Program-made: the position numbers and the translations under genes
Source: Azolla caroliniana
Taxonomy: Eukaryota; Plantae; Polypodiophyta
NCBI GenBank assembly: GCA_043228905.1
Contig: JBHGNT010000068.1
Span: forward strand, 70,590-134,589
Reading direction: 5' to 3'
DNA: 64,000 bases
In this document: positions 8,201 to 20,249 of the stretch, piece by piece
Numbering within the stretch: position 1 is the first letter of the stretch
Layout of the letters: the number at the start of each line of letters is the position of its first letter
Notes under the pieces: model-generated
Seen by the model: the letters and a program-made list of their open reading frames with translations, nothing else
Told to the model about the DNA's origin: nothing
Database searches by the model: none

Positions 8201-11200
8201 AATTAGGCTTAGTGTATAGTCACTTTCGAGTATACTACATATTGTACACTACTAGAACTCTTTTAGTTTAAGTTCTATTTGTTTTACTTAATTTTATTTT
8301 AGTTATGATGACTGGATAAATACTCTATTGTTATAAACCAATTGTCTCATGGGCCAAATTTGGCCTTAGAAGACGTTAATACATCTTTCTTTCTTTCTTT
8401 CTTTCTCTCTCACTATGGAAGTGCTCAAGTAGTTACCCTAGGATTAGGGCTAAGTACACTTGTTTGGCACAACAAACTTTGTTTAAGACAACATCCACTA
8501 ATTCCCTCACAAAAATAAATTTCCCTTTTCAAACCAAGGTTATTAAGGAATGATTACAAATGGGAAATATAAAGTGATGTTTACTAGGTATATAGTTGCA
8601 AAGAAAGGGAGTAAACAAGGAGAAATGATCTTTTTGTGGCCCGACCTCACGAGTAAGGATAGTTGCACCTTTTGTTATCGTGACTTTCCACTCCCTCTTT
8701 TGCATCCTCCTTTCTTCATCTTTCTCCCGTTTCTTTGAGGAAGAAGTGCCCAACAAACAACCTTGGTAAAGAATAAAGAAGGAATGTTGCCCAATAGCCA
8801 CTCTCACACCATACACAAAAACCCTAAACTCAAGAGGATGAAGAAGAAAACAAAAAAGCCTCACAAACCCTAAAATCAGAACATAAATAATTTCTAAGAC
8901 CTTTGAGCAACCAAACCCCTTAGGGCCCTCAATTCCCCTTCTTATAGTGGAAGAAGAAGCTAACCCATTGCATTAAATACTCCACCTCCACAAAAAGGCC
9001 AAAAAAGAGGTAGTTAATGCCCCATGCATACAAAGATTCTAACCATACAATGGCTCTTACACAATCGGATGCCTTAAACATTAGGACATTAATTATCTAT
9101 CATTTAGATATTGCCATCTATTTTTACACCTATTTTTCGCCTCATTTCCCACCATTCTATCTTATCACAACAATGTACCTTAGAGCTTAATCCTCTTGTA
9201 ACATGCTTATCTCTCATTGGTTATGACTCCAACCATTTAACCTAATGTCACCTTAAGTCTTAATAGTAAGTATGTAGTGTTTAGGTTGCTTGTTATAACT
9301 TTGGAAGAGTGATATCTTGTTCTTCAATCGAGTGTTAGCTTCATGTTTTCATTATCTTTTATGTTAAGCAATTTAACATCTCTATTGAAGTCATTAAGCT
9401 TGCTTGATTAAGTCTTGACCTCATGAGTGTAAATGCTAAGTTTAGAGTTTGGTTGCTTGCTTACCAATATTTGCTAATAGGCTTAGGAGTGGATTGACAC
9501 CCACCCTAAACCCTAAACAATAGAGCAGAAGTTGTCCCTACCTCATATATATTGGTCCTAAGTTAGCTAGATAATATTGATTAGTGCAACATGAGGTAAG
9601 TGCTAAATTTCTCATAATCGGCATTGTGGTCGGGGGCTTGGGGAATTCTTGTAGCCTTGACAAAGAAATCCTTTTGAGTGTATAAGAAGCACTGAGATAA
9701 AAAGAGGCCTCAAGAAGCTCTCTAACATTATTGGCCTAACTTTCTCCCTCGTACAATTAATTGTGTGATTATAGTTTTGCATTCACTGATTAATCCAATT
9801 ACATTATGTAATTTTCACATATTAGAATTATTATTATTATTTGTTCTTGTCTATCTTTTCACCTAAGCTATATTCATACTTGTTTTCAACAACAAGAAAA
9901 TGAAATATTGCTAAAAACAATTCGAATGTAATTCTCCGCAAAACTCCTTTTCCCCACATTACTAAAGGTAGTTTTCTTTAACTAAAAACAAATAGAATAT
10001 CATTTTTTGAAAGCAAGCAAACTTTTTTGTGATAAAAGAAAACTACTCTCTTTTTACAATGCTCAAGTACATAGTTTTGAGTTTATTTGAGTAAAAATAT
10101 ATTATAAGTGGAAATCGAAATTATGAACACAATTATCACATGCTTAAGAAAGAGGAACAAACCCAAGGCATTATGTCGAAATGTAGCATGTTACTGCTTT
10201 TGCAGGTATGATGCATTCAAGAACAATCACCAGTGACCACCATTACCATTACAAGGGGATGGAGTACATTCTGGTGATAAATCTCTTGATGAATCATATG
10301 AATACGCACATCAACTAGGTTGAATTCACACTGAATTTCAAGGGAAGACACAAAATTTAAGTTCAATTTGTTCTACTCAATAACTTAAAAGTCCCAAATT
10401 TTAAATACTCACTTAGGATGATCCACCTTTTGTACTTATGTTTTGATTCCCAAACATGTAGAAAAAACATATTTCCTTTATATGAGCTTATAAAGAGAGT
10501 AGTTACTATTGAGAATACATATGTTAAAACTTAAAAGTATTAATGATTGTGTATGTTATTTCCTACTTGTCATTATCACAATAAAATAGACAAAAATCCA
10601 ACTTGGAAATTCAAGTAAAATGGGATGTTCTTTTTCATCGGTACCAACATGGTGCCTTCTAGTACAAATTCTTTGTAAATGTGAAAAACACGTGCTTCAA
10701 AAAGCTTCGAATTTTATTGGTCTTGTTTTTGTTGATTTCGAATATTACATGTAAATGGCATGTAGGGATGGAGTTACACCTATGGAATAGATCAACACTC
10801 TACTGAACAAGCCAAATACTTTTCAATCATAGCAATCAAATTTCTTAAATTGTGTGAACAAGACACAAGGCCCAATGTGACATAATGGATCTAGAAACTA
10901 AATAGAGGAAGAGATAGATTTCTTTTTAATGTCCACAAGAGATTGACTGTGAGAAAATGTTTAACAATTAGGTATCAGTTAATAGAGGTGTATCATGTAT
11001 GATTGGCTCCTATTGCCTACCTTAGTTTTAAGGTTTTTTTTCTTATCATGAATGTCATGATAATATCAAAATATGAATAATAAATATTAGTGTTACGATT
11101 AAGAGCTTTTAAAGAAGAGCACATACCTACTAAACGGTCTAATACTTGGTAAGGAGGGCAAATTAAGATACCAAGAAGAGAAAAGGAACTTCATATTAAG

Positions 11201-13026
11201 TCAAAAGTTAGTGACGAAGATGTGGTAAGGTGGGCAAATGACCTCTTGATTGACATCAAACATAAAAGTTCCTTGCATCTCTTTGTATCTTCTAACTTCT
11301 TCCCATATTTTGTTTTCTCTCTTCCCATATTTTGTTTTCTCTCTCCTCGAGTTCTACAAAGTTAGCATATTCCCGTCAAGCAAGAATCTAGGGCTAGAAC
11401 TCCTCCATACCTCGTTTTACTACCATGACTTCATGGTGTAGCAAAAATATCTATGTCCATGCATGGGTTATAACGTCATTTATGCTCATAAAAAACATAT
11501 TATTTCTCTTGAGACATATTGGCAAATAAATAGTTTGATATAAGTATTTGTAGAGTATGGGGAGGGATTATAGTGAGCTTTTTGGAAACAAAAGCTCATC
11601 TAAGAGAGGTAATGTTATCAAACATCTACTATATAAGTTCCTAGTTCCCATTTGATCTAGGTATATGCCTATTATGGTGAGGGATATTTGGCTTTTCAAG
11701 TTGGGGATCAAAAACAAAAGTTCTTCAATCATAGGCAATATTAACAAACACCCTACTCTATCATGTTCACTCTAGAGAAATTGATAAGATATGTAAAGGT
11801 TTCATATTTTGGTAATTGTTTGACTGATGGAAAGCAGAGATTATGCTTCGCATCGTTGCCAGGTTCGAAGTAATTCGATTATATATATATATAGAAAAAT
11901 CAAGTTCTCGTAAGTTCCAACTTTAAGATTTTCTTAGAAAGAGCAAAGCTTTATTGAAATGATAGCAAAATTTGGGCATGTTACCTCGTGTTACGTTTGA
12001 ATTTAAGACAGCAAAGGGATCTATTTGGTACAACACATCAAGTAGAAACGCGTTAAAAGCAAATAAAAATAGAAATCGAGACACAAACACAGACCCCAAA
12101 AATGTTCCCTGTAACTTATCGATGAAATTTGTACGATTTTTTTAGCACTTATGGGTGGTCGATAATTAGCTAAAGAACACCTTTGACTCTTGAGGTGCCC
12201 TACTTTTTTTGTCCAAGAAAATTACTACATTACTATTAGGAATGCCCTAAGGCTGCACATGAAATATGTACATATAGGAAATTACCACCGGATTTTGATT
12301 AAGGTTAAGTTCTAAGTTCTAACTATCAACATAAAAAAATACTTTGGGGTGGAGTAAAGCCACTCCACCTTGGCAAATTTCCTCTTATAAAATATTCCTT
12401 TGTTCCATGCGGCATGAAACTCCAATCTTTGTAACTCTCCCTATTGCATATTACATTTTATGTTATGCAGAGACCGTATGAGATTATGCACAATCTTTGT
12501 CCAAATCCTAGTAATTATCTAAGTAGGTCTTTGTCACATTCTGGAATACCTTCAAAGAAAAATGATAATGGCAATTTGCATTGTTTTCCAATCACATGAC
12601 ATTGTTGGTGTGCAACCATTAAAAGAAGACTATGAATGATTATCAAGGTTGGTCATACAATTAAATTTACAAAGAGACGATGAATGATTGTTAAGAACAA
12701 CAATAATTAAGAGTAATAAATTATATTGGATTCACAAAAGGCCAAATAAATATAGTTAAGGCAAGTGGCATATGGGCGAGACAAGTTAAGTTCAATGGGT
12801 TTACGTTGTTCCATTTGGTATTGGAGTGACCCATCTTTAAATATGGACAATAGATGGCTTCCTGAGATAGAAACCCAAACAAAATAGGTCCTCAAATGTC
12901 CATACCATTCTTGAAAGAAATGGTACTATTTGCCTAAGGTATCATATAGTATACAATACATATACACATGTAATGTTCCTCTAACTTAGTGTCCCACACA
13001 TAACTAGCATGTTATGTTATCCATAC

Positions 13027-13300
13027 TATGGTATGAAGCATACATACCATTGGTGCATTCTCATTCGCAAACATTCTTAACATTTGCATATGAAAAGCAC
13101 CCTTGAAGTATATGGTAAATACCATACTTTTGCACTCATTATTTATTATAAGGTAATTTTTTTTTAAGGTAAGAAATTTAAGGTAAGTTAAGGTAAAAGT
13201 GTAAAAGAAAACACAAGAATGTTTTAATAACATATGCATTCGTCTGCACACGTATGAAAACGAATGTTCGGGCTAACGAACACGAATATTACTTACTATG
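13027..13300. mobile_element. hAT-type MITE, copy 1 (274 bp)
   Basis: Exact 8-bp TSD ATCCATAC (13019-13026 and 13301-13308), degenerate CATAGTA/TACTATG termini, homologous to 23724-23994. Confidence 0.8.
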
Positions 13301-13953
13301 ATCCATACTATTAGGTGCGTATTTGTTCAATAGTCACGCATTAGGACATGCATAGATGTGTACGGTTCCATATGTCTATTGTCAAATGGTATGGTGAATC
13401 CAACATTGGAGAAAGCGGATACAATAAGATGAAGGAACGCGGATGACTAAACAAACACGAGTGTTCTCAATGTCTCAATAGTAACGAGAGAAAAGGAATG
13501 GAGCCCATGCTAGCCCATGCTACAAGTGAGGTGTGTGTGAAAACAATGAAATAATCTATCCATGCCTACACACTGTAATGTGGGGATGGGCATTGGGCAG
13601 GGCAGGGGGGGGGGGGGGGAGTAAGTAAAAACCAGGAATCTCTCTCTCTAAACCTCAGTAAAAGTAGTAGGAGTAGGAGTAGGAATAGGTGTACTCAGAG
13701 TAGTAGCTGAGGAAGAGGAGGAAGAAGAAGAAGAATCTATGGGGCAACTCTCACATGATTGCAGATAGCTTAAGCCTTAGATATAGGGTGGGGAGAGACC
13801 AACCAATATCATCTCATATCCTCTGTAGATACATACATACTGATACAACCATATCACACACCATCAGATTCTTCCAACCATCCATCCATCCTTTCACCCA
13901 TTCCCCATTGCATTGCAATCATAGTAAAATCCCACATCCATCCAGATTTTTCC

Positions 13954-14872
13954 ATGGCCCAGCAGCTTGAATGCCATGTTTGTGTTCCCCTGCTTGCCCC
14001 CACCATTCCTGAGATGTTGCAGCAGATGCATAAGGCTTGTGACGAGGGCGCGGACATGGTCGAGTTCCGTCTCGACCACCTCCATCTCCCTGACCTCCAC
14101 CTAACCCCCTCTCAATACCTCCCTTTGCTCCTCCGATCCCGCCCTGTGCCTGCCATTGTCACCTACAGGTACCTCCCTCCCTCCCTCAATTAAAAAACCA
14201 GCCAAGCATACATTCATACATACATACATGTACATACATCTCCCATTGATACATATTATGATATAGCTTCTTGGTGGGTTTATATGCAGGCCTCAATGGG
14301 GTGGGGGCCAATACAATGGTGATGAATCCCTGCGCCTAGAAGCCCTCCGATTGGCTTTTACACTCGGGGCTGATTTCATTGATGTCGAATTAGAAGTAAT
14401 GTTTTCTGACTTCTTCGTCGTCGTCGTCCTCCTTTATGCATTTGATATCTATACCAAGAAGAAGAAATGCCAGACTATCTATGTTTGTTTTGCCCTATAG
14501 ATTATTTTGTGCAAGACTTATGTGCTTCATCCATAATAAAGCAGCATTACTGCTTCTTGTGTGTTCATGGTATGTTTAGGTGGCTTCGCGCTTTGTCGAG
14601 GGCCTTGACCGGAGCCTCAGTGATTGCAAGATCATAGTTTCAGACCACAATTTCGAAGAGACTCCATCGCGAGAGGAGCTTGGATCATTGGTTGCAAGGA
14701 TCCAATCGACGGGAGCAGATATTGTTAAGGTTGTGACAACTGCAAAGAAGATTACGGATGTGGCGGCAGTGTTTAGCATTCTTACCAGCTCCCAGGTACA
14801 CACATTCATCTCTTTACTCATCATCATTGTCATTGTCATTGTCGTCCACATCATAATCATCATCATAATACC

Positions 14873-14921
<49 letters not shown>

Positions 14922-17900
14922 CAAGAAGAGGATAGAGAGATTGTTTTTTGTGGTCCACAAACAGGGAGCCATGCTGGGTTAAGTTCAACAGCTTTTTACA
15001 AGTCTAAGCAGAAAAGAAAGAAGGTCATCCTTTCTTAGTTCAATTGTAGCACAAAATGCCCATTTGACCCAACCCGAGTTCCAACACATACATGTCCATT
15101 TGCCCCATTCTATTCCAAAGTGATGGCCAGCAACATGGCCATTGAGCAATCATCATTTCTTCTGACCAAATCTGGGCAGTAATTTCTTCTTCTTCTTATC
15201 TTTGTGTGTGTCTGTGTGGGGCTCTTTGCTTTTCTGTGGGCACCTTTTGTATTATTTTTGGTGGACACTCCCCTCCCTATCTTCTACTAGGCCTCAGGAT
15301 AAATATCTTATTTGTTATTTTTTGACTTTAAACCTAGGGGTCATGGAAAGTGAGTTTGTAGTTTTTGGTAGCAACTTGGGCCTCGGAAAGCGGATCCGTA
15401 AAGCAATTATCTTTTAGGAGTTGTCATACTTGGAGGCTCGCGAAAGTAGTTGTTGTAAGGATGCTTTCCCTATGTGTTTACATGGGATGGGGTTGGGGAA
15501 AGTGGAATTGTGAAGGTAATGAATCCGAGTTTTTTATTACTCGAGGTCGTGGTAAGTTAAGACACGAGTAAGGTAGGCTTTTTGGTCTTTTTTTTTCCGC
15601 GATGAATGAATATAAGATTAGAGCCCCTTTAGGATTTGGGTTTTGTAATGACTCACTGACTACTCTTTTGGGTGGACCCAAGTTCGATCCTTTCGTCTCA
15701 TAGATCGCAAAGCGGTTCTCCTCTCGACAGTAAAAAGATATGTATGTATCTTCATGAATGAATGAAAGGAATGAAAGTTATTTAGCTTATGACAGCATAT
15801 TAGTTAGTTTGTCATTAGTGGGGCAAGACCCCTTCCCTTTCTAGATTTGAACCCACGACATGTTTGTTGAGCCTTCACACCAATTACAATGAATGTATGA
15901 ATTGAACGCTCCAGAGAAGGAAGGAAGGTCTTCTGCGCTTTCTGATGCATACATATCCTCAAGCTTTCCATCATTCTTCTTTGTCTACTAATTCATGGTG
16001 CATGCACACTGATTCTATAAAGCCCTGCTTTCGGCTGGCTGCGTGAGCCTTCATTCAGCCTCTAATGAATAAATGTTAAGTGCATGAAAAAACTGGTGTT
16101 TCTACATTTGTTTTTAATCTGTGTTCTGCTGCTTTTGTCCATGCATTTGTTTCACAGTCTTTCACACAGCAACAAACTGTTCCTGGACTCCATCGCCTGT
16201 ATGTTAGGATTTGCCATGATTTAAGAGTTGTTTTTAACCAGAGATTCTTGCTTTTGACCTACGTCAGTAATACATACACGTTCCTGAATCACAGGTGCCT
16301 ACAATTGCGTTGGCTATGGGTGAATATGGTCTGATAAGCCGACTTCTGGCCCCCAAATTTGGTGGATTCCTCACATTTGGCTCGCTTGAAACTGGTAAAG
16401 AATCTGCCCCCGGGCAGCTGACGGTATCAGAGCTTCAGAACATATATGGGCTGAGAAGAGCTGGCAGAGACACGGAGATTTTCGGCATCATTGGACGATT
16501 TGTTGGCTATAGCAAATCACCCATCATACATAACAAGTTTTTCCAGAAAATTGGCTATGACGGCATCTATGTTCCATTCCTCGCAGATGACATAGTCGAT
16601 TTTTTCAATGTCTATCACGTGTCAATGTTTTCAGGATTCAGGTTATACAACTTATCATATCACATAAAGACGACAAGCATCTGTGTGAAATCAATGCATG
16701 TAAATACAATTTATCATATATAATTTAAAGCATATACAATTTATCATATCACATAAAGCCGACAAACATCTGTGTAAAATCGAAGCATGTAAATACGAAA
16801 AATTGCACACTACCTTTTGTGCATCATCAAGCCACTAATATCATCCTCTAATTATGTGTGAATTATGCACTATTTTAATGTCCCACAGTACCGAAAATTT
16901 TAGCTCTATGGTGATTATGAGTGTGCAGAACCATCATGCTTGAGGAGTGTTGGAAACTAAACATTCATTTGGTTTTGCTTCTAGTATCTCAATTCCATAC
17001 AAGGAGGCTGCTTTGGCTTATTGTGATGAAGTTGAACCTCTTGCCAAGGTAAGCCCTGCAACCCAAAGATGAGTTTCATGAATTGCAGCGTGTCTTAAAC
17101 TACTTAAAATTTATGTTATTTGCTGTGCTCTCGGTATCTGCTTTTACAGGCTATAGGTGCTGTGAATACAATAGCAAGAAGAAAAAGTGATGGAAAGTTG
17201 GTGGGGTATAATACTGACTGTGACGCTGCCATCACAGCTATTGAGGAAGGTTTAAATGGTATATCGTTTGACATCAATAGTCCCACATTATTAACTTACA
17301 GATTTATTTCAGAACTTCTAGGCAAAGCCTCCTGCATGAGACATCATTTGGCATTGATGGTCCCATATTATTGATCAATTGATGTAGAAAACTCCTAATT
17401 GATGTGTTGGCTATGAATAGGAGTGTCATTGGATGGGTACAGTTCATCTCCTCTCCCTATGTTTGATTCAGACCAAAATATCATATATGACTTGTGCTTT
17501 GTAAAACTGTTTTAGTGTTTTTTGTGAATGAATGAATGATGAGAATTGATGGGACAGGGCAGCAAAGCAACGGAAACAAGTCTCCACTGTTTGACAAATA
17601 CTTCGTATTGATTGGAGCTGGAGGAGCAGCCAAAGCCCTTGCATATGGAGCAAAGCAAAGGGGAGCCAGAGTTTTCATTGCGAATAGAAATCTTGGTATA
17701 GTCAAGGATATATAAATGTGTGCATTCATACACATATATGTAGTGGTAGGATGCCAAGTTTGTGTTGCACTCCTTTTTTCACTCTGCTTAGAATTGTGAT
17801 TCTTTAACTTTAGAGAGAGCTCGTATACTTGCGGCAGCTGTGGATGGAGAGGTGATGTCAATGGAGGAATTGAATGCATTCCAGCCTGCCACGGGAATGG

Positions 17901-18477
17901 TGTTAGCAAATACTACCCCCATTGGCATGCATCCAAATGCTGCAGATACACCCATTTTGAAGGTCACTTCTCTAAATTAACGTTTCAGTAAACACCTTTA
18001 TCAAACTTCTTTCTGTGCGAAATGAATCTTGGGGGGTTGAGGGCCTCATACAACGCGTCATTGAGATACAATGACATGCGTTACGCTTTTTCTCAGCATA
18101 TTAGATCTCAGAAATAAATGGGTGCATTTCATTATACATATTCATTCTGATACTCAACAAGGTATGCCACTTGCAGGAGGCATTGAAGGCGTATAGCTTA
18201 GTGTTTGATGCTGTATACACACCTAAAATTACGAGACTGTTAAGGGAAGCTCATGAGGCTGGGATTACCGTTGTGAGTGGCGTGGAGATGTTCATCAGAC
18301 AAGCTATTGAACAATTCTCGCATTTCGTGGGGCAACCTGGTAAAGTTATACATAAAACATACTAGTGTGTACTCACTTCAAGCATTACATGTAGACTGAT
18401 GAATTTGTGCTAACTAATTCTTGCTTCTTGCAGTTCCTAAGCAAACATTAAGAGAAGTTATGATTAATGCCATGTGA
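13954..18477 (+). CDS. DHQ-SDH: Bifunctional 3-dehydroquinate dehydratase / shikimate (or quinate) dehydrogenase, 10 exons
   Basis: GT-AG exons in continuous frame: 13954-14168, 14290-14395, 14580-14795, 16295-16641, 16985-17048, 17150-17258, 17558-17695, 17814-17962, 18177-18339, 18434-18477. DHQase motifs VEFRLD, IVSDHNF, ADIVKV, SAPGQ. SDH motifs SKSP, IPYK, GAVNT, GYNTD, GAGGA, ANR, FDAVYTP, SGVEMF. Confidence 0.95.
14872..14920. repeat. (TAA)n microsatellite in DHQ-SDH intron 3
   Basis: About 16 near-perfect TAA units, which explain the poly-Ile tail of the raw ORF. Confidence 0.9.
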
Positions 18478-18651
18478 CCATGCGGAGGATGATTCCTTTG
18501 TAATTTAATGGCCTCAACATTAGAGGTTGTTTATCTGCTTTGTACAGAAGCTAAAAGCATCACCTTGTTCCAGCTGAAATTAAGCGTGAATAGCATTTCA
18601 AACAGTGGTTATCTATGCAAAGATACGATATGTGGTTGCTGAAACTCTAGC

Positions 18652-18693
<42 letters not shown>

Positions 18694-20249
18694 AACATCG
18701 AATCACTGCACTACTAAATAACCTGTGGTTTCAGCCACCATTATAAATGACTGGGAAAGCTGATTCTGCCTCAAATCTCCATTTTCCTGATCTCTCATGA
18801 CATAGTTTGCAAAATAAGTTGAACAGAGTATCAAAGATTCTCGTGACAATTGGCATTTGCAATTTCCTTAATGTGAAGAACCATTGAAGATCAATAAACA
18901 GAAATGGAACTCTTTAATTTGGTCCAGGCACATTTACTTCATTCTTAACAAATTAATTAACACAGTAGGTAGGAAAGTCAACTTTGCTAGTAGCGAATCA
19001 AACGAAAAGCTCACAAAGTTCACAATTTAATGTGGGTATAAAGGTTATACAAGCATGGCCAAAGTTCAATTCAATCAAAATCTTTTCAAAGTTTGTGAAC
19101 ATATTTGTCAGATGAGCTTCTTGTTGGGTGTGCATATTGTGGCTTTTTATGGCTGTGTATGTCATGGAGAAATCATAGCTTGAAATTCTGTGACATACAA
19201 CAATTCGTGCATTTTGAAACACTTTGTTATGAGGGGATCATTATGTTACTTGTATGCAGCACAACAAATGATTCTCCAGATTGTGTGGTGGGTTGGCTTC
19301 TTCCAACCTGGATAATTCAGAACGCAAGCTTCATGCTCCAATATTTGAAGTTCACATTGTAATGGTTGTTGAGTTCAGTGTTAGTATAGTATTTTTCCTC
19401 TTTCCTATTGATTATTATGCTTAAGCAATAATCAAGTTCCAGATTTACCCCTTTATCTCCCGATAAAATATGAAAACTAATAAGTGCACTTACTAATCAA
19501 CCATGTCCCATCTTTTAATGAGAACATACTCATCCTTTCCACATGAACACTAGTTAGTACCACTACTAGAATGAGGTATTTTCGCAAGGAATGCAGATTG
19601 GACAACTGGTTGAGCTCATGGAAATTGAAGTCTCTTTGTTAATGTGGACAAATTCAATGTAATCATAGTAACAATGAACTAATCTCTTGAATTTGAAATT
19701 GTAATATTCCCATATGATCTTGTGTTCTTTCCTATTGTAATCTAACAAGTTGCTCCGAAACACCCAAAATCATATACAATTATCCACTTATAAAATAAGA
19801 TTTGTTTATATGATTTGGTGGCAATTTAATCATTAGTTGTGCATCCACAACTATGACTGTGGACAGTCAAGGCACCTATGAATCATTGCCTAGTATTTAC
19901 TAAGCATGCTGATAAGAGAGTTCTCAATTATCTGCATTTCGAAAGAGTTCCACAGAGCTATTGCCCTCACTGACTAATACATCTGATTGTTACCCTATAC
20001 ACATTACCAAGAGGTTGGATTCTATGACGATGACAATGATGGAGAAGCGAAATACTTCCAAGTAGCTTCGCATTATAACCACACATTCTCTAATCCTTCT
20101 CATGATCACCATCTTGAACAGCCCCCAAATACACAAGTTCTTTTGATCTTTAAATAAGCTATACATGGGAATAGCTCTCACCAGCCATAACTCTGGCTTA
20201 TTCCATTCTCACTGCTATCGATATTCCATTCCCTATATTTCACTCTCAC

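Larger units (their letters stand above)
1..8404 (+). mobile_element. APE-type non-LTR retrotransposon (LINE; RTEX/CR1-group-like by inference), interrupted by a copia element and lacking its RT domain; 5' end may lie outside the window
   Basis: GC-rich repetitive leader (1-430), ORF1 431-1243, APE endonuclease ORF from about 1250 to 2266, ORF2 C-terminal remnant 7745-8200, AT-rich 3' UTR and (TCTT)n tail at 8384-8404. Confidence 0.85.

Noticed and set aside
8420-13000. AT-rich region with scattered AAACCCTA motifs (for example near 8820, 8866 and 9505)
   Set aside because: Only 1-2 telomere-like units each, with no array, ORF or element boundaries I can support. Probably decayed TE DNA.
13798-13804. 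AC-II-like element ACCAACC upstream of DHQ-SDH
   Set aside because: A single 7-mer is expected by chance, and I found no matching element in the BAHD promoter.
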